DNA of 64,000 bases, taken from contig QCQB01000010.1 in assembly GCA_003212315.1 (NCBI GenBank), forward strand, positions 1,486 to 65,485. Reading direction: 5' to 3'. Source of the DNA: SAR116 cluster bacterium AG-447-C21. Lineage in GTDB: Bacteria; Pseudomonadota; Alphaproteobacteria; Thalassobaculales; Thalassobaculaceae. Positions 29,206 through 39,556 of the stretch are shown here, one piece after another (position 1 is the first letter of the stretch; the number at the start of each line of letters is the position of its first letter). The translations under genes and the position numbers were made by a program. The notes under the pieces are model-generated. The model did not search any database. It was not told where the DNA came from and saw only the letters and a list, made by a program, of their open reading frames with translations.

Positions 29206-31215
29206 ATGGCAGATCTTTTCCAAAATGCCCCAGCCGTTACCACGACAAATTATTCCGCTAAAGATATAGAGGTATTAGAGGGATTAGAGCCTGTTCGACG
29301 CCGTCCCGGTATGTATATAGGTGGCACCGATGAGATCTCGATGCATCATTTAGTAGCTGAAGTGCTTGACAATTCGATGGATGAGGCTGTTGCAGGACAC
29401 GCGTCGCGGATAGAAATTTCGTTATCTAAAGACATGGCAATAACAATTTCGGATAATGGAAGAGGTATTCCTATTGATCCCCATCCAAAATTTAAAAATA
29501 AATCAGCGCTAGAAGTTATACTAACAACCCTGCATGCCGGCGGAAAATTTTCCGAAAATGTCTATAGCACCTCGGGCGGATTACATGGTGTTGGAATATC
29601 TGTCGTTAATGCTTTATCAGATTTTTTATGTGTAGAAGTAGCACGAGAGAAGAAGCTATATTCGCAAATGTTTTCCCGCGGAATAGCCGAAACAAAGCTC
29701 CTTGACAAAGGAGATATCAATAATAGACGGGGAACTTCTATCAAGTTTCATCCAGATCCTGAGATTTTTGGTAAGAAGGCGCGTTTCAGACCAAATCTGC
29801 TTTTCCGAATGGCTCGATCAAAGGCCTACCTTTATAAAGGTGTAGAGATACGATGGTCCTGCGACCCAGAACTAGTTATTAGTGATGAAAAAACACCAGA
29901 ATCAGAAATACTGCAGTATCCAAATGGCTTAGTTGACTTTTTGTCAAAAGAACTAGGCGACAGATTAATAATAGGAGAGCAAATCTTTTCTGGCGAAGTC
30001 AAAGCGAATGAGCATGAAAGAATTGAATGGGCTATAGCATGGCCCGCCGACAATGATGATGGCTTTTCAAACACATATTGCAATACAATACCCACGATCA
30101 GCGGGGGCTCGCATGAATCCGGCCTCAGGGCGGCGTTAATGAAGAGTATACGTGCTTACGCCGAGTTGTCTGGAATTGCAAAACGTATCAGTCAATTGAC
30201 TGCTGATGACATTATGACTGGCGCATGCGTTTCACTATCAATATTCATGCGAGATCCGCAGTTTCAGGGACAAACAAAAGAACGTTTAGTAAGTCCTGAA
30301 GCATCAAAATTAGTTGAACAATCCATAAAGGATAGATTTGATCACTGGCTTTCTGGTTCGCCAGAAACGACAAACCTATTAATAAATAGCTTTTTAGAGA
30401 GAAGTGATTACAGACTTCGACGAAAACAAGAAAAAGAAGTCAGTAGAAAATCTGCCACTAGGAAGTTACGGTTACCAGGGAAATTAACAGATTGCAGTAA
30501 AAGTGGTTCAGAGAATACTGAAATATTTATTGTTGAAGGTGATTCTGCTGGTGGGTCAGCAAAACAAGCTCGCAATAGGATGACGCAAGCTATCCTCCCA
30601 CTAAGAGGAAAAATTTTAAACGTGGCGAGCGCCTCAGCAGAGAAACTCAGAGGCAATCAAGAATTAACAGACCTAATTCAGGCTCTCGGTTGTGGTTCCG
30701 GCGATCGATACGATGATGAAGCCCTTAGATACGAAAAAGTTATAATTATGACAGACGCTGACGTCGATGGAGCTCATATAGCGTCTCTGCTCATGACTTT
30801 TTTTTATAAAGAAACGCCACAACTCATTGAAAATGGTCATTTATATCTCGCAATGCCTCCTCTTTTTAGACTAACACAAGGTGGTATGACGTTTTATGCT
30901 CGAGACGAAGATCACAAGACCGAATTAATTGAAAATCACTTTAACAATCGAGGAAAAATAGAAATAAGCCGCTTCAAGGGGCTGGGGGAAATGCCGGCAT
31001 CCCAGCTAAAGGAAACTACAATGAACCCAGAAAATAGGAATCTTTTAAAGATAACGATACCTTCTCAGAATCCCGAAAGCTTCGAATATGCCTATAATTC
31101 TGAAGAAAAACAGCACTTAAAATCCACTGTTGAGACATTAATGGGAAAGAAACCAGAATTGAGATTTGCTTATATTCAGCAAAATGCAAAATTTGTATCT
31201 GAATTAGACGTATAA
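29206..31215 (+). CDS. parE: DNA topoisomerase IV subunit B
   Basis: YSAKDIEVLEGLEPVRRRPGMYIGG, the GHKL ATPase (LHGVG) and the Toprim motifs EGDSAGG and DADVDGAHI are present. At 669 aa from the ATG at 29206 it is too short for proteobacterial GyrB, so I call ParE. Confidence 0.85.
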   Translation: MADLFQNAPAVTTTNYSAKDIEVLEGLEPVRRRPGMYIGGTDEISMHHLVAEVLDNSMDEAVAGHASRIEISLSKDMAITISDNGRGIPIDPHPKFKNKSALEVILTTLHAGGKFSENVYSTSGGLHGVGISVVNALSDFLCVEVAREKKLYSQMFSRGIAETKLLDKGDINNRRGTSIKFHPDPEIFGKKARFRPNLLFRMARSKAYLYKGVEIRWSCDPELVISDEKTPESEILQYPNGLVDFLSKELGDRLIIGEQIFSGEVKANEHERIEWAIAWPADNDDGFSNTYCNTIPTISGGSHESGLRAALMKSIRAYAELSGIAKRISQLTADDIMTGACVSLSIFMRDPQFQGQTKERLVSPEASKLVEQSIKDRFDHWLSGSPETTNLLINSFLERSDYRLRRKQEKEVSRKSATRKLRLPGKLTDCSKSGSENTEIFIVEGDSAGGSAKQARNRMTQAILPLRGKILNVASASAEKLRGNQELTDLIQALGCGSGDRYDDEALRYEKVIIMTDADVDGAHIASLLMTFFYKETPQLIENGHLYLAMPPLFRLTQGGMTFYARDEDHKTELIENHFNNRGKIEISRFKGLGEMPASQLKETTMNPENRNLLKITIPSQNPESFEYAYNSEEKQHLKSTVETLMGKKPELRFAYIQQNAKFVSELDV

Positions 31216-31235
31216 ATTCTATAAATTAATTAAGC

Positions 31236-32240
31236 CTATTTTTCTTCGGCTTCCGCTTCAGCCTCTAACTTGGCATAATCCTTTTCAACACCCTTTGCAG
31301 TTTCCGTCATAGCAGTTTCTCTAGCTTTAACCATGAAAACAAGAGCTTCATTGAAGGGCACAGATATGCCCAGCTTCTTTGCTTCACGAACTAGCGCTCC
31401 ATTTAAAGAATCTATTTCGGTTGGTCGTCCCGCCTCCATGTGTTGTTGCATGGAGGGTTTGTTATAACGCATCCTTGTCAACTTTTTGACGTAACCAACC
31501 ATATCATCGTTATCTAAATTAATTCCTTTGGCCTCAACAACAGACATCACTTCTTCAAGTATTTGAGTTTGCATCTCATCTGCAGACACGTTTCTTGCGA
31601 CTTCTCCCGCTCTTAACCCGGATATTGCGCATACAGGATTTATCCCACAATTGAGTACAAATTTACTCCAAATAGCACCCATTATATCCATCGAAATTTC
31701 TGGGGTAAAACCACTATGTAACAATGTTTCCCTTAAAGCTTCTACTCGACCACTTGGTTCCCCATCGAGCTCACCGAGAAGTGTTTTTCCATGATTTGTA
31801 TGAACGGCATGGCCTGGCGCTTCCAGAGCAGCACTATGATAACTTATTCCACCTACAACTCGACTAGCCCCCAAAACCCGGCCCAATTCTTCTATGTTAC
31901 CGATCCCATTTTGCAAGGATACAGCCCACCCATCCGCCTTTAAAATAGTTGCTGCGGACTTGGCGCCATCAACTGTTCCATTCGTGTGAGTATGAAATAA
32001 TACTACATCGCTGCTGTTAGCCAAATCATCCGGATTTGAAAAAGCTCTGACGGTGAAGGTGTTATCGCCTGTAACGCCTGATAATCTATAGCCGTGTTTA
32101 TTAATAGCACTTACGTGCTCTTCATTTACATCAAAGAAAGTCACAGAGTGGCCAGCGGCGACAAGCCCCAGTCCATATACTCCACCCATAGCTCCAGCAC
32201 CGACAACACAATATTTCATGCTAAGACCCTCCTCAACCAT
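31236..32240 (-). CDS. panE: 2-dehydropantoate 2-reductase (ketopantoate reductase family)
   Basis: It has the Rossmann N-terminus MKYCVVGAGAMGG (likely true start at 32219) and ApbA/PanE C-terminal domain features (PSMQQHMEAGRPTEIDSLNG). Confidence 0.75.
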   Translation of the reverse strand: MVEEGLSMKYCVVGAGAMGGVYGLGLVAAGHSVTFFDVNEEHVSAINKHGYRLSGVTGDNTFTVRAFSNPDDLANSSDVVLFHTHTNGTVDGAKSAATILKADGWAVSLQNGIGNIEELGRVLGASRVVGGISYHSAALEAPGHAVHTNHGKTLLGELDGEPSGRVEALRETLLHSGFTPEISMDIMGAIWSKFVLNCGINPVCAISGLRAGEVARNVSADEMQTQILEEVMSVVEAKGINLDNDDMVGYVKKLTRMRYNKPSMQQHMEAGRPTEIDSLNGALVREAKKLGISVPFNEALVFMVKARETAMTETAKGVEKDYAKLEAEAEAEEK

Positions 32241-32331
32241 TTAGTTCCAACCATTTTAAATCCCACAAATTAATAACAACCCGAATAACTAAAAAATTTC
32301 TACCTTCATTACATATTTAAAACTAATCGGT

Positions 32332-32814
32332 TTAATCTACCCGCAACATTTCAACATGCATAATTCCATCTTCACTATATGGAGCAGAAACGCAACGGTA
32401 TCCAATATCTTCATAAAATTGTTTCAGATAGACCTGAGCATTTAATCTGACTGTTTTAGATTTAAAAATCAGCTCGCATCTTCGGTGCGCCTCGAGCATT
32501 AACTCCCTCGCTAGCCCCCTTCCCCTGAACTCACTCTTTACTAGAACCCGTCCTATTGCTACCTCATTATAAATACTTTGGGGCTTTAGCAATCTACAAT
32601 ACGCATGTAACTCTGAATTAGGGCCATAACCCAGTAAATGCCAACAAGACAAATCATGTTTATCTATATCTGGATAGATACAGGATTGTTCTATAATAAA
32701 GATATTTTGTCTCATTCGGAGCAATTCAAAAAGTTGATCACTCGACATTTCGCCCAAGCACAAACAGGCCCAATCGACTTGAATAACTGACATTGGTTTT
32801 GGGTCACCTTTCAA
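32332..32814 (-). CDS. GNAT family N-acetyltransferase (ElaA-like)
   Basis: 160 aa containing LRMRQNIFIIEQSCIYPDIDKHD and RGRGLARELM (acetyl-CoA binding loop). Confidence 0.75.
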   Translation of the reverse strand: MKGDPKPMSVIQVDWACLCLGEMSSDQLFELLRMRQNIFIIEQSCIYPDIDKHDLSCWHLLGYGPNSELHAYCRLLKPQSIYNEVAIGRVLVKSEFRGRGLARELMLEAHRRCELIFKSKTVRLNAQVYLKQFYEDIGYRCVSAPYSEDGIMHVEMLRVD

Positions 32815-33830
32815 TTTATTTTATCTAATCTTATTTGCGCTATGGTACTCAAAGGAACTAATTGTATTTTTTTCTGTTCCAGATTATGCATCCAATCTTT
32901 CAAGACCCTTAATGTAATTTTTCTAGGATGACCTATTGCTATGGCAGTTCCTGTCTTTTTCGCAATTAATTCTGTCTGAGCTAATCTTAACTTAACCTCT
33001 TTCTCATTATCCACATCATCTAAAAAAATATCTCGGGCAACAACGGGAGCCGCTAACCGCCGTCCTATTCTTAACGCAACAGAACCGCTGGTTGTAACAG
33101 AATCCAAAAATAAGTAACCTCTTTTTTTCAGACTGCTCAGCAGAAATTCCATTAATTTTGAGTTAGAGGTAAAACGACTGCCCATATGGTTATTGATACC
33201 AATGAAGTTAGGAAATTTTTCAAGTGCTAGATTTAACCTCTGCTTCAACTCCATATTTTTCATATCGACTAAAAGAGCTCCTGGACCTGGGTCCTCATCG
33301 CCCAACGGCTCCATTGGCAAGTGAAGCATGAGCTCATGTCCTTTAGAAGATGCCATGGTTGTCTGTTCGATTAAATTAGGAGCATAACTTAAAAAAGATA
33401 ATGTCAGCGGCCTTCTGAATTCGACAACTTCGTTCGATATTTTTCTATTTAAACCCATATCATCAAGCACAATAGCGATATACGAGAATTCAGGCTGTTT
33501 AAAAACAGGAACGGAATTAGCTATCCATTTGGGCAAGTGGTTCTTTTTTTCGAAGTTATTGTTAAGGTTCTGACGACGCAATTCTGCATTAGTTTTTTTA
33601 TTATAATTTTGCTCAGCCTTGGCTATTACTTTTTGAAATGTTTTCGAATACTGAGTTTTTTCATTTATTAAGGAAGAACCAAACTTATTGAATTTTTCTG
33701 ATTTTTTGGATTGTTCTTCAGCCTCTTCATTTTCAGCGAAAAAAATACCGATGCCCAGCCCTAAGCAAAAAATCAAACTGGCAATCATGATTATCAAAGT
33801 AATTTTTTTTATATAAGGAAAGTTTGTCAC
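32811..33830 (-). CDS. Divergent polysaccharide deacetylase family protein (YibQ-like)
   Basis: It has an N-terminal TM followed by IAIVLDDMG, HLPMEP, NNHMGSRFT, FLDSVTT, FLDD and AIGHP, closely paralleling E. coli YibQ motifs. Confidence 0.85.
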   Translation of the reverse strand: MTNFPYIKKITLIIMIASLIFCLGLGIGIFFAENEEAEEQSKKSEKFNKFGSSLINEKTQYSKTFQKVIAKAEQNYNKKTNAELRRQNLNNNFEKKNHLPKWIANSVPVFKQPEFSYIAIVLDDMGLNRKISNEVVEFRRPLTLSFLSYAPNLIEQTTMASSKGHELMLHLPMEPLGDEDPGPGALLVDMKNMELKQRLNLALEKFPNFIGINNHMGSRFTSNSKLMEFLLSSLKKRGYLFLDSVTTSGSVALRIGRRLAAPVVARDIFLDDVDNEKEVKLRLAQTELIAKKTGTAIAIGHPRKITLRVLKDWMHNLEQKKIQLVPLSTIAQIRLDKIN

Positions 33831-34008
33831 TCTATTTTCTAATTTTCAAAATTCATTTTCGATCACTACTACGTTTATGATGTATTTTATGCATTACCCT
33901 AGTAAAAAAGATACCTTGGGATTAGCCTCTCTTTCCCCCAGTCCAGCTAAATGCTATACCACTTAATATGAACTGGTATTCAATATTTAATTCATAAAAT
34001 AGGTCGTC

Positions 34009-34641
34009 ATGTTCCTTTTGATAGATAATTATGATAGCTTTACATACAATTTATGGCACTTCCTGGGACAACTAGGTGCCGAAGTTAAAGTTGTTCGGAA
34101 TGATAAGGCCTCAGTTAAGGAGGTGCTCGCATTAAACCCCGCAGGGATAATTATTTCACCTGGTCCATGTGATCCCGACAAAGCTGGTATTTGTCTGGAT
34201 CTAATAACTTCAGCTCCCGCTCCCACGCCTATATTTGGTGTTTGCCTTGGTCATCAGTGTATTGGTCAAGCATTTGGCGCTAAAATAATCAAAAGCAACA
34301 TTCCAATGCATGGAAAAATTAGCAAAATAAAACACAATAACACCAATATATTTGAAGGTATCGATCAGGATTTTCTTGCTACCCGATATCATTCTCTTGT
34401 GGTCGACAAACAGAGCTTACCGGAAACCCTTATTGTGACAGCAGAGACAAAAGATGGCTTGATAATGGGTTTTAATCATATAGAACGGCCTGTCTTTGGA
34501 GTTCAATTCCACCCAGAAAGTATTGCAACAGACTTCGGTTATAAGATTCTAGCAAACTTTTTGAGAATTGCAGGACTTAAAGATCACTCGGTTGAAAAAA
34601 TTAATATATTACAAGACGAGTTGAGAAAGAATGCAAAATGA
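34009..34641 (+). CDS. trpG: Anthranilate synthase component II / aminodeoxychorismate synthase glutamine amidotransferase
   Basis: MFLLIDNYDSFTYNL, the catalytic Cys in GVCLGHQ and the HPES motif are present. It overlaps trpD by 4 nt. Confidence 0.9.
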   Translation: MFLLIDNYDSFTYNLWHFLGQLGAEVKVVRNDKASVKEVLALNPAGIIISPGPCDPDKAGICLDLITSAPAPTPIFGVCLGHQCIGQAFGAKIIKSNIPMHGKISKIKHNNTNIFEGIDQDFLATRYHSLVVDKQSLPETLIVTAETKDGLIMGFNHIERPVFGVQFHPESIATDFGYKILANFLRIAGLKDHSVEKINILQDELRKNAK

Positions 34642-35663
34642 CCTCTGATGTAGAAAATATAAAATCGCTCATTAGTATTGTAGCCGATGGAGCAACACTA
34701 AACGAATATCAAGCTGAACAGGCTTTCGATATAATTATGTCTGGAGATGCAACACCATCTCAGATAGCGGGTTTTTTAATGGCATTGAGGGTTCGTGGAG
34801 AAACTGTCGAAGAGATAACCGGCGCTGCGAGGAGTATGAGAGCCAAAGCTACTAAGATTATGTCTCCTAAGGGTGCTATGGATAACGTGGGGACAGGAGG
34901 AGACTCTTCTGGAACCTACAATATTAGCACTGCAAGTAGCTTTGTTGTAAGCGCTGCAGGTGTACCTATAGCCAAACATGGCAACCGGGCCCTTTCTTCG
35001 AAAACTGGAGCAGCTGATGTACTTACTCAGCTGGGTGTTAATCTAGATTGTAAGATGGAGCTTGTTCAATCATCCATGAACGAAGCGGGTATCTGCTTTC
35101 TAATGGCACCGCGTCATCACACGGCAATGCGTCATGTGGCTGACACTCGCATACAATTAGCAACACGTACAATCTTTAACTTATTAGGCCCAATCGCCAA
35201 TCCAGCTGATGTAACCCGCCAATTAGTTGGTGTGTTTTCGCAAGACTGGGTTGAACCTGTCGCAAAGGTACTTAAAAGTTTAGGGTCAGAGAGAGCGTGG
35301 GTAGTTCACGGCAGTGATGGTCTCGATGAAATCACTACAACAGGAAAAACTAAAGTTGCTTCACTTGAAGACGGCGCTGTAACCATATTTGAAATACATC
35401 CATCCGAAGCAGGAATTAAGCTCGCGAAACCTGAACAGCTTGTTGGAGGAGAACCCGAAGAAAATGCAAATGCACTGCTATCTATTTTTAATGGTGAACG
35501 AAATGCTTATAGAGATATTGTTGTCCTGAATTCAGCAGCATGTCTAATAATTTCCGGAAAAGCTAAGAACCTGACCGAGGGGGCCTCAATAGCATCCAAT
35601 ATGATCGATAATGGTAAGGCCATGGAAAAACTTGAGGCATTAAAAGAAATTACCAACAGATAG
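34638..35663 (+). CDS. trpD: Anthranilate phosphoribosyltransferase
   Basis: 341 aa containing GFLMALRVRGET, GTGGDSSGTYNIST, KHGNRA and NLLGPIANPA. Confidence 0.95.
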   Translation: MTSDVENIKSLISIVADGATLNEYQAEQAFDIIMSGDATPSQIAGFLMALRVRGETVEEITGAARSMRAKATKIMSPKGAMDNVGTGGDSSGTYNISTASSFVVSAAGVPIAKHGNRALSSKTGAADVLTQLGVNLDCKMELVQSSMNEAGICFLMAPRHHTAMRHVADTRIQLATRTIFNLLGPIANPADVTRQLVGVFSQDWVEPVAKVLKSLGSERAWVVHGSDGLDEITTTGKTKVASLEDGAVTIFEIHPSEAGIKLAKPEQLVGGEPEENANALLSIFNGERNAYRDIVVLNSAACLIISGKAKNLTEGASIASNMIDNGKAMEKLEALKEITNR

Positions 35664-35675
35664 GTTTAAAATATA

Positions 35676-36473
35676 ATGGCCGATATATTAGCTAAAATTT
35701 GCGCAGTAAAACGGGGCCATGTACAGCAGTGTAAAAGTACAGTGCCGCATTCAGAGTTAAAAAAAAGGTTACCCAAGGATTTTGCAGTTAAGAGTTTTTC
35801 CGCAGCGCTTAAAAATAGCTTGAAATCTGGCTATGGATTAATAGCAGAAATAAAAAAAGCATCTCCAAGTAAAGGGCTGATACGCGAAGACTTTTCGCCA
35901 AAAGAGTTAGCCTTGTCCTACCAAAGAGGGGGAGCCTCTTGCCTTTCCGTATTGACCGACGAACCCTTCTTTATGGGTAGAAATGATTTTTTAACTTCTG
36001 TTCGCGAAATTTCATCACTTCCTATTCTTCGCAAAGACTTTATGATTGACCACTATCAGATTACTGAATCACGTGTCCTAGGAGCAGACTGTATTCTTCT
36101 AATTATGGCTGCGCTTAGTGATGATTTAGCGATAGAACTTGAAAACTATGCATTTGATTTGGGTATGGAGGTACTCATTGAAGTCCACGACGAGCAAGAG
36201 ATGGAGCGGGCTCTTCAGTTGAAATCTCCGCTAATTGGCGTGAATAACAGAAACCTGAAAACAATGAAAACCGATCTTGCTACCACCGAACAACTTGCCC
36301 ATCTTGTGCCAATGGATAGAATCCTAATCTCTGAAAGTGGCTTAAATACCGAGGGTGACTTGGCTAGAATGGCAAACGTAGGGGCAAGATGCTTTTTAAT
36401 CGGTGAAGCATTAATGCGACAAGAAAATCTTGAAGATGCCACTCGATCAATACTAAGCAATCCTATAATTTAA
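35676..36473 (+). CDS. trpC: Indole-3-glycerol phosphate synthase
   Basis: 265 aa containing IAEIKKASPSKG, LSVLTDEPFF, LRKDF, IGVNNRNL and ESG. Confidence 0.95.
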   Translation: MADILAKICAVKRGHVQQCKSTVPHSELKKRLPKDFAVKSFSAALKNSLKSGYGLIAEIKKASPSKGLIREDFSPKELALSYQRGGASCLSVLTDEPFFMGRNDFLTSVREISSLPILRKDFMIDHYQITESRVLGADCILLIMAALSDDLAIELENYAFDLGMEVLIEVHDEQEMERALQLKSPLIGVNNRNLKTMKTDLATTEQLAHLVPMDRILISESGLNTEGDLARMANVGARCFLIGEALMRQENLEDATRSILSNPII

Positions 36474-36481
36474 CATCTGGA

Positions 36482-36967
36482 ATGACAAAAATGCCTGAAT
36501 TGACCCATTTTGATAGCAAAGGAAATGCTGTCATGGTAGATGTATCAAACAAACCGGATTCCCCCCGAGAAGCATCGGCTTCCGCATTAGTACTTATGCA
36601 CCCGGCAACTATGCAGCTTATAATAGATAAAGGTGTAAAAAAGGGAGATGTGTTATCAGTGGCACGATTAGCGGGAATTATGGGGGCCAAGAAAACACCT
36701 GATTTAATACCTTTATGTCATCCGCTAGCCCTTACATCTGTTGAGCTTTTATTAACTTGTGATACCAGAAAGAACGCAATTGAAATTGTATCAACCTGCA
36801 AGGTAAATGGGCCTACAGGCGTGGAGATGGAGGCTTTAACTGCCGTATCTATTGCAGCCTTGACTGTTTACGATATGTGTAAAGCGGTAGATAGAGAGAT
36901 GCATATCACAGATATTCATCTTAAAAACAAATCTGGAGGGAAGTCAGGAGATTGGAGTGCCGATTAA
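36482..36967 (+). CDS. moaC: Cyclic pyranopterin monophosphate synthase accessory protein MoaC
   Basis: LTHFDSKGNAVMVDVS, IPLCHPL, GVEMEALTA and DMCKA are present. Confidence 0.95.
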   Translation: MTKMPELTHFDSKGNAVMVDVSNKPDSPREASASALVLMHPATMQLIIDKGVKKGDVLSVARLAGIMGAKKTPDLIPLCHPLALTSVELLLTCDTRKNAIEIVSTCKVNGPTGVEMEALTAVSIAALTVYDMCKAVDREMHITDIHLKNKSGGKSGDWSAD

Positions 36968-38204
36968 ACTCTTAATGAAAGTTGATGAGGCAAAGGAGCG
37001 GGTATTAAGGGCAATGCCAGTTATGCCAGGGGAAGAAATTTCCATAACCGAGGCATTGGGCCGGATCACCTCTTGTGACATTTATTCTAGGCGAACCCAA
37101 CCACCAACGGCCCTCTCTGCGATGGACGGGTATGCTATCCGTTTTTCCGATGTAACAGATATACCATCAGAATTTATACGAGTTGGGACTGCCAAAGCTG
37201 GTGGATCCTATCCAGGAACTTTGAATCAGAACGAAACTGTAAGGATCTTTACTGGGGCACCGGTGCCACCCGAAGCCGATACAATCGTTATTCAGGAAAA
37301 TGTCGATGCAGAAAATGAAAATGATGGCGCACGTATAATAATAAGGCAAAGGCCACAAAAAGGCCGGTATATACGATCCTTGGGGCTTGATTTTAAAAAA
37401 GGAGAACTCGGAATAAGGGTGGGAAAAAAGCTAACTTCCCGAGATATTGGTCTGGCGGCGGCTATGAATATACCGTGGTTGTCTGTTAGACGCAGACCTA
37501 AAATAGCAATTTTGGCAACGGGGGACGAGATTGTACGTCCTGGTGAAAGTATCAACAAAAACCAGATTGTTAGCTCTAATAGTTATACATTGTCTGCTTT
37601 AGTCAAAGCGGCAGGCGGCGACCCCATAGTTTTGGGAATAGCTCCTGACACTATCGACGGCATACAGTCATTTTTTAAAAATACGATGGGTGCAGATTTA
37701 ATAATTACAACCGGAGGTGCGTCCGTTGGACAACATGACCTAATACAAAAAGCATTGGGAAAAGAATCTTTCGGCAAAGATGGATTAGACTTGGATTTCT
37801 GGAGAATAGCGATGCGTCCCGGGAAACCGCTCATTTTTGGCCAAATAAATAATACCCCAATGTTAGGTTTGCCTGGGAATCCTGTTTCAACGATGGTCTG
37901 CGGCGCGGTATTTGTAAGACCTGCAATCGATAAAATGCTGGGTATTTACTCTGATCAAAAATCAGAATCAACAGCTTTACTTGCTGAACCAGTGCCGGAA
38001 AACGATGAACGCGAAGATTATATCAGAGCCATTACTTTCATCAATAAAGAGGGGATAAAGGTAGTAAAAGCCTTTGAACATCAAGATAGTTCCATGATGA
38101 AAGTATTAGCGCAAGCAAATTGCCTTATAATTCGTCCACCATTTGATACAAAGAGAACCATCGGTGATGAAGTGAAGCTTATCGAATTTAAAGACGGTTT
38201 TTAA
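36957..38204 (+). CDS. moeA: Molybdopterin molybdenumtransferase MoeA
   Basis: 415 aa containing SAMDGYA, FTGAPVP, TGDE, TTGGASVG and PGKP/GLPGNPVS. Confidence 0.9.
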   Translation: MPIKLLMKVDEAKERVLRAMPVMPGEEISITEALGRITSCDIYSRRTQPPTALSAMDGYAIRFSDVTDIPSEFIRVGTAKAGGSYPGTLNQNETVRIFTGAPVPPEADTIVIQENVDAENENDGARIIIRQRPQKGRYIRSLGLDFKKGELGIRVGKKLTSRDIGLAAAMNIPWLSVRRRPKIAILATGDEIVRPGESINKNQIVSSNSYTLSALVKAAGGDPIVLGIAPDTIDGIQSFFKNTMGADLIITTGGASVGQHDLIQKALGKESFGKDGLDLDFWRIAMRPGKPLIFGQINNTPMLGLPGNPVSTMVCGAVFVRPAIDKMLGIYSDQKSESTALLAEPVPENDEREDYIRAITFINKEGIKVVKAFEHQDSSMMKVLAQANCLIIRPPFDTKRTIGDEVKLIEFKDGF

Positions 38205-38334
38205 AACAAATCCCGGCATTTTCGCTCATCACACTGATAATTTAAATTAATAAGCTATTTAGTTCAATTGACTGCTAAACAGATATTTTAACAAGATTAG
38301 AATGTTATCTTAAAATGATTAATTTTTCGGAAGG

Positions 38335-39390
38335 ATGAAGATAATGACTAATGAAGGAGAGCTGACCTTAGAAGCACGTATTCCCTCTCCAAATTCTTCA
38401 TGGTTAGCACAGATTTCCGAAGAAATTTTGGAGCCCGATCTTCCTATAATAGATCCGCACCATCATCTCTGGGACATGAAAGGTAAACGATACCTTCTTG
38501 ACGATTTACTCTCAGACTTGAATAGTGGCCACAATATAGTCGCTACTGTTTTTCTTGAATGCGCTTCAATGTACCGAAAAATTGGCCCAGAACACTTAAA
38601 ACCGATTGGTGAAACAGAATTTGTCAATGGCATCGCAGCAATGAGTGCAAGTGGCAAATATGGTAATACAGCAATATGTGCTGGGATTGTAGGCTTTGCT
38701 GATTTAACCATGGGGGCTTCCGTCGAAGAAGTACTCAATCTCCAAACGTTAGCTGGCGGCAGTCGATTTAAGGGTATTCGTTACGGTGCCGGTTATGACC
38801 CAAGTCCACATATAAACAATAGTCATACAAACCCGCCACCTGGGATATATAATAATAAAAATTTTAGGGAGGGATTTGCAAAACTCAAACAATTCGACTT
38901 ATCGTTTGAGGCTTGGCTATACCATCCTCAAATAGATGATGTTATCTCCCTCGCCCGAGACTTTCCCACTCAACCAATTGTACTCAACCATTTTGGCGGA
39001 CCGATAGGTATAGGTCCTTACAAGAATAAAAGGGATCAAATTTTCACCGAATGGAAGCAAGCGATCCAAGCTCTTTCAAAATGTCCCAATGTCTTTGTTA
39101 AACTCGGTGGCCTAGGAATGGTTCTCAATGGGTATCAATTTGAATCTAACTCCACTCCACCATCATCCTTGGAATTAGCAGAATTATGGTCACCATACTT
39201 TGAGACCACGATTGAAGCATTTGGCACTAATCGGTGCATGTTCGAAAGTAACTTTCCAGTAGATAAAGTAACCTCAACTTATGCCGTTTACTGGAACTGC
39301 TTTAAACGTATCGCCCAGAATGCTAGCACTGGGGAAAAACAGCAACTCTTCCATGATACAGCTAAAAGATTTTACAGGCTCCAAGTCTGA
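38335..39390 (+). CDS. Amidohydrolase family 2 (TIM-barrel metal-dependent hydrolase) protein
   Basis: 351 aa containing IDPHHHLWD, LNHFGGP and ESNFPVD, typical of PF04909-type amidohydrolases. Confidence 0.75.
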   Translation: MKIMTNEGELTLEARIPSPNSSWLAQISEEILEPDLPIIDPHHHLWDMKGKRYLLDDLLSDLNSGHNIVATVFLECASMYRKIGPEHLKPIGETEFVNGIAAMSASGKYGNTAICAGIVGFADLTMGASVEEVLNLQTLAGGSRFKGIRYGAGYDPSPHINNSHTNPPPGIYNNKNFREGFAKLKQFDLSFEAWLYHPQIDDVISLARDFPTQPIVLNHFGGPIGIGPYKNKRDQIFTEWKQAIQALSKCPNVFVKLGGLGMVLNGYQFESNSTPPSSLELAELWSPYFETTIEAFGTNRCMFESNFPVDKVTSTYAVYWNCFKRIAQNASTGEKQQLFHDTAKRFYRLQV

Positions 39391-39499
39391 TAAATAAATA
39401 GCCTTGTTGTCAGTACCATTTGTTTGTGATGTAGATTAAATCAAAACGCGTCTCGCCCCATTTCATTTTGGAAATGCCCAAACAATTGACTATTGAAGA

Positions 39500-39514
39500 G
39501 AACTAAAGTAGAAC
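39500..39514 (+). promoter_or_regulatory. Alphaproteobacterial-type SOS box (GAAC-N7-GAAC) upstream of lexA
   Basis: GAACtaaagtaGAAC lies 43 nt upstream of the lexA ATG. A second, imperfect inverted-sense copy, GTTTttgttttGTTC, lies at 39524-39538. Confidence 0.7.
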
Positions 39515-39556
39515 AAAGTAAGTGTTTTTGTTTTGTTCTCAATGAAAGGCGCTTTT

